From: a virus
Taxonomy: Duplodnaviria > Caudoviricetes
DNA: 64,000 nt
Strand: one strand, 5' to 3'
IMG/VR virus record: IMGVR_UViG_3300020049_010822
Location: 1 to 64,000 of that record
Position numbers and translations under genes: made by a program. The notes under the pieces are model-generated. The model ran no database searches. It saw only the letters and a list, made by a program, of their open reading frames with translations, and was not told the DNA's origin. Below are positions 28,963-38,937 of the stretch, piece by piece (the first letter of the stretch is position 1; the number at the start of each line of letters is the position of its first letter).

Positions 28963-29942
28963 TGTTAGAAGTGCGGCACATATCAAGTGGTATTGATTCC
29001 ACAATAGACTATATAAATAAGCTACGAACAGGGAGAATAAAATCCTTAAAGACGTCTTTTTCAAAACTGAATAAAGCGTTACTTAATGGAGTAGATTGAA
29101 ATCGAATCTTTACTGTTGCAGGTAGATCAGGATCGGGAAAATCAACAATTTTAGAGCAAATAAAACGTGACTTTATTGATCTGAACGATGAACCTTTTGA
29201 GATACTATCTTTTGAATTTGAGATGTTAATGGAAGATCAACTTACAAGGTATGCTTCCTCTCAAACCAAAAAATCTCTAAAGGAAATTTATTCTGCTGAG
29301 GCCCCTTTAACTCAGGAAGATTACGATGAAGTAGTGAATTTATTAGAGAAACGTAAAAAGGTTCCTATATATTATGTAGATAATCCCGGTACTCCCGCGC
29401 AAATACGAGCTACAATTCTTAACTTTGCTATGGAGAGGAATCTAAAAGATTTGGGTAAGGGATTAGTTGTTTCTATAGACCACGTATTGCTTACAAAAGG
29501 AAGACAAGGAGATGCTGAGAAAGCTATAGTAGATGAGCTTATGTTTACTTTACTTGAGTTAAAGAAGTATTTTGCTTCTATAGGACAGAGGTGTTTATTT
29601 CTAGTCCTATCTCAACTAAACAGGGATATTGAAAGAGAAGAAAGAGTATTAAATCCCGTATTACATTTCCCTACACGTAACGATCTCTTTGGAGCTTCTT
29701 CGATTTACCATACATCCGACTATGTGTTAATTTCACATCGTCCAGCAGATGTGGTTGGTATGCCTGAATACTATGGGCGACCTAGGGAGAATTATCCTAA
29801 GGGATTACCGACAAAATATCCTGCAGATCCAAAACGTGATATGGTATATTGGCATTTAATTAAGGAAAGGTTTGGTAAGCCTGTAATTATACCGATGGCA
29901 GAAAACTTTAAACATTCCTCAATAGAGGAAGTAAATTTATAA
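28962..29942 (+). CDS. dnaB: DnaB-like replicative helicase, TGA-recoded
   Basis: GVD[TGA 29097]NRIFTVAGRSGSGKS, FEFEM, IDH, LSQLNR, KERFG. Confidence 0.93.
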
Positions 29943-29944
29943 TT

Positions 29945-30604
29945 ATGGTATTAGTACAAGTATCCGGCCCGCCAGCAAGCGGCAAAACTACAGGAGCTAG
30001 ACATTTAGATCCAAAGAAAACTTATTACATTGCAGCAGACGGTAAAGGATTGTCCTGAAAAGGATGAAAGAACGACTACAATTCAGTTAATAAAAATTAT
30101 GCTGAAACTGCAGACCCAGCAACTATATACAAACTAGTTAAAGCAGTGTCTGAAACTAGACAGGATGTTAATTGCATAGTTATTGACACTATCAACGCTA
30201 TGATGACTACTGAAGAGATGGCTATCTTAGAATCTCCTTCTCGTGATAAATGGGCCGATCTTGCAGTAGATGTCTTTAACCTCTACAAACTCATTAGAGA
30301 AATAAAGAGAGAAGACATGGTAGTATTTGTCATGGCGCATACCGAACCTTATGAGGTTAATGGTATTACACACTGGCGCACAATGACCAATGGTAAGAAA
30401 CTTACGAAGGTTAATCTAAATGCCTTTTTGTCTTATAACCTTTATTCTAAGGTGAATAAAACCTCGGATGGTAAAATGGAGTATTCGCTCATTACTCAAT
30501 CTGATGGTACTACTGAAGCGAGGAGTTTGATGGGGGTGTTTGAAGAGAAGATTCCTAATGATTTGGAGGTAGTAAGGAAGACTGTTTTAGAGGCAGAGAG
30601 ATAA
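29945..30604 (+). CDS. Sak4/AAA_24-like ATPase, TGA-recoded
   Basis: GPPASGKT, KGLS[TGA]KG[TGA]K, IVIDT, MAH, IPNDL. Confidence 0.88.
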
Positions 30605-30636
30605 AATTTTCAAAATTCAATTTAATTAAATTAATT

Positions 30637-31218
30637 ATGTTACAAGCAAAATTGTTCAATGATACCAACTCTAGTGGTGGAGGCGTGAAAGTTCCCGTTG
30701 GGATTCACGAAGGAGCCGAATTTCTCGGCATTACCATAGAGAGCACATGAAGTGATATTAATTACGGCCTAGATGGTCGTAGTATTCACAAACGGCTTTT
30801 TGTACCTACGGGGGCACAGCCACTAGAAGGCGAAACCATCCAGCAAGCCCTGGACCGAGAAATTTCCCGTAATTTGGGTCATGTGGTGCAAGCCATGACA
30901 GCTGTTCTCGGCAAGGAGATTGTAGATACATTTGAAGCGTCAGACTATAAGGGATTTCTAGCGGCAGCAGCTGCTGTAATGAACCCGAAAAAAGGCTGAA
31001 AAGTCAACCTGAAGGTTATTCCAGACCGGAAAGAGCAAAAATATCCGGACCTTCCCGCGTACGGCACCTACGTGGAGCAGCATGTTGAAGGCGTACCCAC
31101 TAAGCTTAAATTCTCAAAAAAGGAGGCAGAAGCTATAGAAGTAATGGAAAAAAACCGAAGCACTTCTGGTATGAGTGATTCGGCTATGTCTGCAGCGGAC
31201 GTTGACAGCCTAGTATAA
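30637..31218 (+). CDS. putative single-stranded DNA-binding protein, TGA-recoded (missed by ORF track)
   Basis: 193-aa frame with TGA 30748 and 30997; position after Sak4-like ATPase; PVGIHE N-terminus, acidic tail, own terminator. Confidence 0.65.
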
Positions 31219-31226
31219 AACTTAAC

Positions 31227-31260
31227 GGGGGCGGGGTCTTTGGATTTCGCCCCTTTTTAT
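31227..31260 (+). terminator. intrinsic terminator
   Basis: GGGGCGGGGTC-TTTG-GATTTCGCCCC-TTTTT. Confidence 0.8.
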
Positions 31261-31268
31261 TTACAAAC

Positions 31269-31547
31269 ATGACACTAAAACATCTCATAAAAAATATCAA
31301 GACGTTAACAAGACTTCTTGAACAAAATCCCAAACTACTTGATAACATTGTTATTGTACATTACTCATGTGAACTTTTGATCTGGGATAACGAAGAGAAG
31401 AAAATCTTAATACATAAAAAACCATTTGCGGTTTCAAATACATTTCATCTTTGTCTTGAGTCTCAAGTGGAAGCTTTTTTATGTGAAGAGTTTAAGGTCA
31501 TAAAGTTCATACAACCTGTCGTGTTAAATGGTAGCCAGAGATTATAG
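31269..31547 (+). CDS. hypothetical protein
   Basis: 92 aa, AACATG start. Confidence 0.55.
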   Translation: MTLKHLIKNIKTLTRLLEQNPKLLDNIVIVHYSCELLIWDNEEKKILIHKKPFAVSNTFHLCLESQVEAFLCEEFKVIKFIQPVVLNGSQRL

Positions 31548-32502
31548 ACCGAACTGATTTGAAAAAGTTTCTGCAGAAGCGGTATTTGAACATTACTTAG
31601 GAGAAAAAGTTGTGATTGGAAAAATGTACAAATCTCCCCTAAGAAAAGATGCACATCCCACGTGCTCTTTTTGGAAATCTCAAAAAGGCATCTTATATTT
31701 CCACGACTTTGGTCAAAGTAAAATGTATGATGCTGTAAGATTTGTAATGGGAAAGTTTTCTGTAGACTATCCTACAGCTCTAAAGAAAATAGAATCCGAT
31801 ATAATACACATGCAGCCCGTTTCCGAAGTCTCTACAGAGAAGCTTCAGAACAACTTTGATTTTGTGCCTTTACCTTTTTCGGAATCTAAGTTTTACTGGG
31901 ATACTTATAAGATCCCACTTGAAATCGCAGCCAAATTTGCTTTCCTAGCTAAGAGTGTCTACAAAAATGAGACTTTCTACGCTAGAAGCACAAAGATAAA
32001 TCCTATCTTCATTTACAAGTTCACGTCTGGGCATATGAAAATATATCGTCCATACGCAGAAAAAGGAAAGAAATGAGGAGGTAACGCCGACGCAAACGAT
32101 ATCGGTGGTTTTTTTCAACTCCCTAGAAAAGGAGTTCTTTGTTTTATAACCTCCTCCATTAAAGATGTTATGGTCCTGCGGCAACACGGCTTTCCCGCGA
32201 TCTGCTTTAATGGAGAAGGTTACGGTAAAGGGGATAATGAACCTACCAACAAAGTAGTCTTAACTTATGCGGCAATATTAGCTCGCAGATATAGGTACAG
32301 ACTTCTCTTCCTAGATAATGACGAACCAGGCATCTCTGCCTCTTCTGTTCTTTCTAGGAAGTTAAAAATGCCGTATGTAACCACTGGATGTTCTTTTAAA
32401 GATATCTCAGATTACCAAAAGAAATATGGGCCTAGTAAAACATACCGGCTCATTAAAAAGTTAATTAAATCCAAATTTAAGGATGAAGGAATTCCTTATT
32501 AA
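31528..32502 (+). CDS. DNA primase (Zn-binding-like N-terminus + TOPRIM), TGA-recoded
   Basis: SPLRKDAHPTCSF, FHDFG, KIYRP, K[TGA 32074]GGN, ITSSIKD, FLDNDEPG; TGA 31555. Confidence 0.9.
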
Positions 32503-32869
32503 AAAAGGGCAGGCTGTCGCAGCATTAATTCCCCTTTTTAACGCCATTCTGCTAACGGCCGTTTTTATGATGGCCATTTCCCAAAGGGAAGAAATGCAGA
32601 CAATCAAAAGCAAAATAAATCAAGAAGATTGCTCTTTTTTTATTAACATTGCAGAATACTCAAAAGGAAGTGTGGAATATTTCTGCACTGCGTCAGATTA
32701 CAAGTCCATGAAACAGATTGAGTTAGAGTACAAACATCAAATTCAAGCTCAATCAGTTAGTCAATGTCAATATGGTCAATGTTTGGATTCAGTGCAAATT
32801 TCCCTGTTTAGGGACTGTACGAATAATTACGACATTGAAATTTATCGAGATACCACCATTCGATTTTAA
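32483..32869 (+). CDS. membrane-anchored hypothetical protein
   Basis: N-terminal TM. Confidence 0.55.
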   Translation: MKEFLIKKGQAVAALIPLFNAILLTAVFMMAISQREEMQTIKSKINQEDCSFFINIAEYSKGSVEYFCTASDYKSMKQIELEYKHQIQAQSVSQCQYGQCLDSVQISLFRDCTNNYDIEIYRDTTIRF

Positions 32870-32880
32870 AAGTATTCAAA

Positions 32881-33582
32881 ATGAAACACGATAATTTGAA
32901 GGGCCTGGTCGGAGAAAGCTGGATTTGGCCCCTAGGAAAAGCCTTTGACTATTTTAAGGATACGATTGTGCCCTACCTAGAGGCAGAAATTAAGAAGGAT
33001 GTGACATATCGAAACAGTCCTCCCTCTAAAAAACAGTTATTCCCACCTGTACATAACATTTTTCGCGCCCTAAAAGAGGTGCCATTTGAGAATGTGCGGG
33101 TGATAATACTCGCTCAGGACCCATATCACAATATCGGGGCCGCAACAGGATTATGTTTCGATAATCCTAAGGTCCAAAAACCTTCTCCATCCCTAAGCAA
33201 TATCCTGAAAGAGATAGAGGCGGATTTGGGTAAACCTTCACAAGCTTATGATAACGTAAGTTCCTATCTTGAGCATCTCCCTTCGCAAGGAGTACTCCTT
33301 CTGAACGCCGCGTTAACTGTGGAGAGAGAGAATCCAGGTTCGCACTTACGATTGTGGAAACCTTTCACTGAAGAGCTGATTCATCAAATAAACACCCGCC
33401 TGCCAAATGTGGTTTGGGTCTTATGGGGGAACCCAGCACAAAAGTTCGAAAAGTTAATCACGAATAAAAGTCATAAGATTGTAAAAGGTGCTCATCCTTC
33501 TCCATTCTCTTATGGAAAGTTTAAGGGACAGAAGTTCTTTTCCAGCGTAAATTCACTACTCACCAATCCAATACAATGGTAA
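32881..33582 (+). CDS. ung: uracil-DNA glycosylase (family 1)
   Basis: AQDPYH, ATGLCF, PSLSNI, GVLLLN, LWG, HPSP. Confidence 0.95.
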   Translation: MKHDNLKGLVGESWIWPLGKAFDYFKDTIVPYLEAEIKKDVTYRNSPPSKKQLFPPVHNIFRALKEVPFENVRVIILAQDPYHNIGAATGLCFDNPKVQKPSPSLSNILKEIEADLGKPSQAYDNVSSYLEHLPSQGVLLLNAALTVERENPGSHLRLWKPFTEELIHQINTRLPNVVWVLWGNPAQKFEKLITNKSHKIVKGAHPSPFSYGKFKGQKFFSSVNSLLTNPIQW

Positions 33583-34313
33583 TTCTAGATCAAAAGACTA
33601 GGCAAAAAGTCCAAGGGGCTCCTGGTTTATTTCTGAATCCCCCGTACAACATGTCGGGTTCTTTCAATTCCCCATGCACTGGAGAGATCCAAAAAGTGCA
33701 CATCAACCCCAATGAGTCAGTACGCTTGTCACAAGACAAAGCCCGACTACTTAAGTTTCTTGAACAAGTTGGTATCCCAGTAGGAAACCATAAGGCAATG
33801 GAATCCTTCGTTAAAGGAGGAACTTTCAACTTGCCTGCGTTTGAGGAGCAATTCAAATACGAGGAAAATCCTATTGATGTGCGCTCTGAAAAAGGAAGCA
33901 CCACCATTGGGGATTATGAGGAGTTGCTTGCTTTCCTAACACATCTAAACAAACACAGTGGAGCGGTGGGAGTACAGAGCAAAATAGAGGCCCCAATGGT
34001 GGGCACTATGCGCGCTATTCCCCCAATGGACGGCAAGCCCTTGAATTTGGGGGCTCGTGTGGTTAATGATGGTGTATTGGCTCACAACTTCCCTAAAAAC
34101 CAGCAACAAGCTCTTTTAGCGGGAGGAAAAGAAGCCCTATCAAAAATTGGGCTTGATTATGGTTGCGTCTTCATTAAATTCGACCCTACTGGAGCGGACT
34201 TTGAGGTGATTGATATCGTCACTGATCTCAAACGTGAAGACGCCATCGGACTCCGTTCTTACGCGGACGTCTTGCATCAACAGTTAAAAGCACATGGAAA
34301 AAACCGTAAATAA
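33576..34313 (+). CDS. degenerate ATP-grasp-like protein
   Basis: INPNESVRLSQDK...LEQVGIP and ALSKIGLDYGCV resemble RimK-type ATP-grasp; catalytic D and ExN not conserved. Confidence 0.45.
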   Translation: MVILDQKTRQKVQGAPGLFLNPPYNMSGSFNSPCTGEIQKVHINPNESVRLSQDKARLLKFLEQVGIPVGNHKAMESFVKGGTFNLPAFEEQFKYEENPIDVRSEKGSTTIGDYEELLAFLTHLNKHSGAVGVQSKIEAPMVGTMRAIPPMDGKPLNLGARVVNDGVLAHNFPKNQQQALLAGGKEALSKIGLDYGCVFIKFDPTGADFEVIDIVTDLKREDAIGLRSYADVLHQQLKAHGKNRK

Positions 34314-34668
34314 AACTAGATCTCCACTAGAACGGTTCTGTTGAGTACACTTGGAAAAGGAGGGAGTACCATTCATTTACGAACAATCGTTTGAACTACT
34401 CCCTTCTTTTTCTTACACCGGTACTGTTTTAGAAAAGACCCCAACCAAGAAAAAACTACACGTTAAAAATAACAAATTTCAAAACATAATATTCACCCCT
34501 GATTTTATAGGAACAGATTGAGTTCTAGAAGTTAAAGGAACCAGACGTCCTGATTTTAATTTAAGGTGGAAAATGTTTAAAAATTTGATAAAGGACAAAG
34601 GATGGTTATTGCTACTTCCTACAAATCAACACGAAGTATTAGTAAGCATTGAGATTATTAAAAAATGA
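34294..34668 (+). CDS. PD-(D/E)xK endonuclease (Holliday-junction resolvase-like), TGA-recoded (missed by ORF track)
   Basis: RSPLE, FIYE, FTPDF, [TGA 34519]VLEVKG, RWKMFK; TGA 34342; end at TGA 34668 or TAG 34875 if read through. Confidence 0.8.
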
Positions 34669-34675
34669 ATCGACG

Positions 34676-35698
34676 GTGACAGAGATTGAGATAACGAAAG
34701 AATATTATGCGAGTACGCGCTTGTCAAACAGCCTGCTAAAAAGTATACAAAACCCAAGACTGTTCAAGCTAAAAAGAGAAAGACCGGAACTGTTCGAAAA
34801 CGACGACAGTACGGCTCTACGAGTGGGTTCGGCAGTGGATTGCTTATTGACGAGTCCTTCTACCTGAGCAAGTAGTTTCGCAGTTTTAGAGGTAAATAAA
34901 CCTTATGGGCTTATGGGCACGTTTGTTCAATATTTAGATGAAGGCCTTACTCCTACTTCAGATCCTACTCTATACGAGAGAGCCTATTGGCAGAGTGGGT
35001 ATAAGATGCCTCTTAAGTGGGTAATAGAAAGATTTTGAGGAACTCCAGATGCTGTTGAATATTATAAAAAGACACGAGGAATCAGTAAAGATGTCACGTT
35101 ACTTTCTAAGGATGAATATGAATCAGCTGCAAAAGCTGTGGAGCTTATCCGAGTTAGTCCTTATGCTGCGTCTTACTTCTCTAAGGGAAAAACTTGGGAA
35201 GAATTGATGCACCAAGTGCCTATTTACTTTACACTGGAAGGGGAAGAATGTAAAGCATTACTAGATGGCATTAAGATAGATCATAAAGAGAAGACAATAG
35301 AGCCTTTCGATCTTAAAACTATAGGTAAATCTGTATTTGATTTTAAAGCTAACTACCTAAACTACGGATACTATACCCAAGCAGCTTTATACGAGTATGC
35401 TATACAACAACCTGAGTCCCCCATATATCAGTTAATCGTAGATGGGTACACCATAAAGGATTTTATTTTTATAGTAGCAGAAACTAAGACGTCTTCTACT
35501 AATCCCGCATTGATTTACTCTACCACGCAAACGGAGCGGCATGCGGGAATGCACGGAGGATTTTGTGAAGGTAAGAGATATAAAGGCATATTAGAATTAA
35601 TGTCCGACTATAAATGGCATGTGGAGAATAACCAGTGGACATATCCCAGAGAAGTATTTCAAAATGAGGGGAGAATCCCCCTAAACTGTTTTAATTAA
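34676..35698 (+). CDS. PD-(D/E)xK exonuclease (ExoVIII/DUF3799-like), TGA-recoded
   Basis: LSNSLLK, GSAVDCLL, KALLD, DLKT, YYTQAALY joined via TGA 34865 and 35036. Confidence 0.85.
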
Positions 35699-35704
35699 TC
35701 TGAT

Positions 35705-36271
35705 ATGACTTACAGCATAACCGCGAGTTTTCTCGCACCTGTATTGGGTTTGAAAGATAATGCGCCTCTAAATTTGTATGGGCCGTACCATGAAGGTACG
35801 TTTTCAGCAGATTCTTTCAACCCAAAGTATACCGCATGAGGGAATAACGTCCTCATGTTATTTAATAAAGATTTACCGGAAAAACTTTCCGAATACTTAC
35901 GAAACCATCAATCTTTCGTAGAAACATATGAACCGCATGAAGGTTACACTATGTTTGTATTCGCGCTACCAGAAAGCATAAAAGAAAGTTTTATTAATCC
36001 CGTGTTAGCTGGTAAATACTCTGAAGCGGATAAAGCTGTAGTTGACCTCTACTTTCCTAAGGATCCAAATCATGCCCGTTACGGGAATCGTTTAGTCTTT
36101 GACAAAAGCGATCTTTGGAGAACAGAATGGGAAAAAAAGATTGGTATTTCCCTACCTGAAGAAGCAGAGGTTTGGTCGAAAGCTACTAAAAACACTGAAA
36201 ATTATGGATATGTTGACCCAACTGAACTCGGCCTGGACGAACCTACTGACCAATTGAAGGTCGGCGAGTAG
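35705..36271 (+). CDS. hypothetical phage protein, TGA-recoded
   Basis: N-terminal extension via TGA 35837 to ATG 35705 fills gap; GKYSE and EVWS motifs. Confidence 0.7.
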
Positions 36272-36668
36272 ATACTCTAAAGTCGTATCAGATACAAATT
36301 TAGTGAAGAAAATTGCGGAGCAGCCTTCTTTGGAGGCGTTTGCTCTTTCCGTCTTGGGACTCACTGAAAAAGACCTTAATTCTATTAAGGTAGAAAAAGA
36401 AGATAAGCGTGAATATATCCGGTTGATGATTGAAACGTCTGACCCTTCATTCGGAAGATTCATGACCCAAGCGTATCAGTTCTACCAAGGACTCCGCACT
36501 AGCGGCAGAGGGGACCGTAAAAAGTTGTTGAAGCTAGTTGACGCAGATGCAATATTGAAAACATTGCAAAAAAAGGCAGCCGCATTAAAAGTAGATTCGG
36601 ATCTAGATGATGCCGCCGTCGAACTTTGTGTACTCCTTTACCGTTTAACTAGAGCCAAAGCAGTATAG
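36204..36668 (+). CDS. hypothetical protein (start 36204 via TGA 36255, or 36303)
   Basis: open frame; start uncertain. Confidence 0.55.
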
Positions 36669-36744
36669 CACCTGAAATGCGGCTTATTCAATATAAAACC
36701 CTAGCGATAGTGAAGTCGAAGAAATTATTGTTTTGGTGAATGAA

Positions 36745-37250
36745 AAGGAACCCGCTGGTCTACAACTATGTCAGAAAACACACGCCTTACTTCGTGTAAG
36801 AGTGAAAGAGTTAGATATCTAGGACCAGCGGAATCTCCTTTGCTTAAACAAAACAACCATAACCAAAATCCAGTAAGACGTTAGTTCCCTAACAATGTGT
36901 GAAGTAATAGTAGCCATAAATACTTCGGTGGAGGTATAGTTACGGAACGCTCCATTATTCAAAATAACATACTCTATGTAGCAAGCCAGTGTCCGTTCCC
37001 GATATGTAGGTTTGGAGTTAGCAGTAGCCAGAACTCACCCTTACTTTTTGTATGTAGTGTTGTATCCGGAAGGATAGATAGGTATCACCTTTACCAGGAA
37101 GTAGCGAGAGGTAAGCCCGGTGGTTTTACACAAGTTGCTGTACTATAAAGGTATAAGTTAAAAACGATAGGGACTGGAGCATCTCTATTCACTCTGCAGA
37201 ATGTTTTCTCAGAGGTAGCCACAACACGAGTTTTGAACAAGAAACTTTAA
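36745..37250 (+). ncRNA. candidate structured non-coding region (~500 nt)
   Basis: no plus-strand ORF >=60 aa; CCGCTGGTC 36752/GACCAGCGG 36823, TATCC-GGAA-GGATA, GAGTT/AACTC, GGAACG/CGTTCC; ends at terminator. Confidence 0.4.
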
Positions 37251-37251
37251 C

Positions 37252-37292
37252 ACCCTCGTCTAGCTTAACAGCTGGGCGGGGGTTTTTTATTT
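37252..37292 (+). terminator. intrinsic terminator
   Basis: ACCCTCGTCTAGCT-TAAC-AGCTGGGCGGGGGT then T-tract. Confidence 0.8.
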
Positions 37293-37297
37293 TTAAC

Positions 37298-37699
37298 ATG
37301 AATCCTACGTATACTCTTGAAGAAGTAAAATTTGCCAAAAAAATATTATTTTCTCTAAGAGAAAAGCATGTTGTCTGGCCAAGAATCAAATTTGTTGAAA
37401 CCGCTTTTTATGTTCGTCTTGACGATGAAATGTGGTTAGATATCTCCAAAGATAAAAATTCTGCTTATGTGACTATTGATTGGGGGTTGTATAAACCTTT
37501 AATGATTCATCAACATATTACAATTCATAATCATCCCTCAGGTAAGATTAGTCCTTCTAACGGAGATTGGTTATATGCCAGGCATATAGACAACCATTTA
37601 AATTGTAATTGTTTATTTCATTTAATCATAGGTGCCAATTTTTCTCATCTTTGTATGTTTCAATATGGGAGAGGCATCTTACACATTTTCAATCCATGA
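37298..37699 (+). CDS. RadC-like JAB-domain protein
   Basis: IHNHPSGKISPSNGD JAB motif. Confidence 0.75.
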   Translation: MNPTYTLEEVKFAKKILFSLREKHVVWPRIKFVETAFYVRLDDEMWLDISKDKNSAYVTIDWGLYKPLMIHQHITIHNHPSGKISPSNGDWLYARHIDNHLNCNCLFHLIIGANFSHLCMFQYGRGILHIFNP

Positions 37700-37914
37700 T
37701 AATACCATTAAATAGTACGCAGGAACAAGAAATAGCTTTAATTCCAGAAAAAGGAAAGGGTTATCACTATGTCTACATATATCTTCGAGGTCCGATTCCT
37801 TCAAGGCAATTGTTTCGGTTTAAAACACTTGTTTTTGGAGGTCAGAAAATGCCTTGGCCAGTGCAGATAGGGCAGCCAAAAGAATATTCGTTTGAAAAAT
37901 TCACCAAAATTTAG
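37696..37914 (+). CDS. small hypothetical protein
   Basis: ATGA overlap start at 37696. Confidence 0.5.
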   Translation: MIIPLNSTQEQEIALIPEKGKGYHYVYIYLRGPIPSRQLFRFKTLVFGGQKMPWPVQIGQPKEYSFEKFTKI

Positions 37915-37922
37915 AATACATC

Positions 37923-38324
37923 ATGAGCAAGAACAAAAAAGGATTAGGAACCCCAGAAGAAATCGCCAAAAGAGATATCAATTCGTATACTTACGAAATG
38001 GTACTTCCCGCAAAGCCAAGACTACGTCGAGATGTGCGTAGATCTGTTGTAAAGCTTAAAAAGGAAACACAAGCAATTCTTAATAAGGAGTTGTTTAACC
38101 ATCGTCGAGCTTTAAATTGGCAGTACGACGGGATTTTTCCGGCAGAAGCGTACAATACGCCCACAGCTAAGAAAGAAGGAAAGATGCGTCCTTCTATTGT
38201 GAATCTTCATCAGCTAGCTCGTACCGGTTCGCGGAACACTTCCGAAATCAACCGTCTTGCCCGCATTGAGCGTCGTCGTAAATGGGAACAAATGAATGCT
38301 GAAGTAATGGGCTTAATTGCGTAA
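37923..38324 (+). CDS. basic hypothetical protein
   Basis: 133 aa, K/R-rich. Confidence 0.65.
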   Translation: MSKNKKGLGTPEEIAKRDINSYTYEMVLPAKPRLRRDVRRSVVKLKKETQAILNKELFNHRRALNWQYDGIFPAEAYNTPTAKKEGKMRPSIVNLHQLARTGSRNTSEINRLARIERRRKWEQMNAEVMGLIA

Positions 38325-38328
38325 TCAA

Positions 38329-38616
38329 ATGGAGAAAAAGCTTTATATAGTTTCAATCCATTCTCATGGAGGTAGCTTTTGGGAAGCCTCTGGAACTCAT
38401 CATCTCGTTGAACTCACTGAAAAGGAACACAAGCGACTTGCTGAAAAATATCAGTACAAAGAGATTGGTCCAGAGCGATTCGTATGTATAACTCCCATTG
38501 AAGAGATATACACAGCCCCTGAAATATTAGACGTGATAATGACTGATATTAAGGAGCATGAATACGAAGATGATGAAGACGACAACAATGAAACCGTACA
38601 CGAATCAATAACTTAA
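38329..38616 (+). CDS. hypothetical protein, paralog of next gene
   Basis: KKLYIVSIHSHGGS..E..G.H motif shared with 38621. Confidence 0.65.
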   Translation: MEKKLYIVSIHSHGGSFWEASGTHHLVELTEKEHKRLAEKYQYKEIGPERFVCITPIEEIYTAPEILDVIMTDIKEHEYEDDEDDNNETVHESIT

Positions 38617-38620
38617 CATC

Positions 38621-38881
38621 ATGAGTCAAAAAAAGAAAGTTTATTTAATCTCTCTACACAGTTTTCAGGGTAGTATGAGAGAATCTACCGGCGATCATTT
38701 TGTTGCTTCTCTTTCAGAGGAAGAGGTAATAAAATTAGAAAAAGAAGTAGCAGGGATGCACGAAGAGAAAGAAATGTTTATTGAACCGGTGACTGAATTA
38801 CTGCAATTTTCTGATGTTTTAGTTAAAGCACGTGAGTTTATGAACGAAGGCTTTGAAGAAAATACCGAGTTAGAAGAGTAA
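38621..38881 (+). CDS. hypothetical protein, paralog of previous gene
   Basis: KKVYLISLHSFQGS..E..G.H. Confidence 0.65.
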   Translation: MSQKKKVYLISLHSFQGSMRESTGDHFVASLSEEEVIKLEKEVAGMHEEKEMFIEPVTELLQFSDVLVKAREFMNEGFEENTELEE

Positions 38882-38930
38882 AAACAAAAAAGGGACAGTG
38901 ACCGTTATGGCCGCTGTCCCTAATTTTTTC
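38881..38930. terminator. bidirectional terminator between convergent genome arms
   Basis: A-tract, AGGGACAG 38891/CTGTCCCT 38914 stem, T-tract. Confidence 0.8.
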
Positions 38931-38937
38931 TATACTC

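Noticed and set aside
21220-36271. Fragmented replication genes as pseudogenes or frameshifts
   Set aside because: All breaks are in-frame TGA, never TAA/TAG or frame changes, and catalytic motifs are intact.
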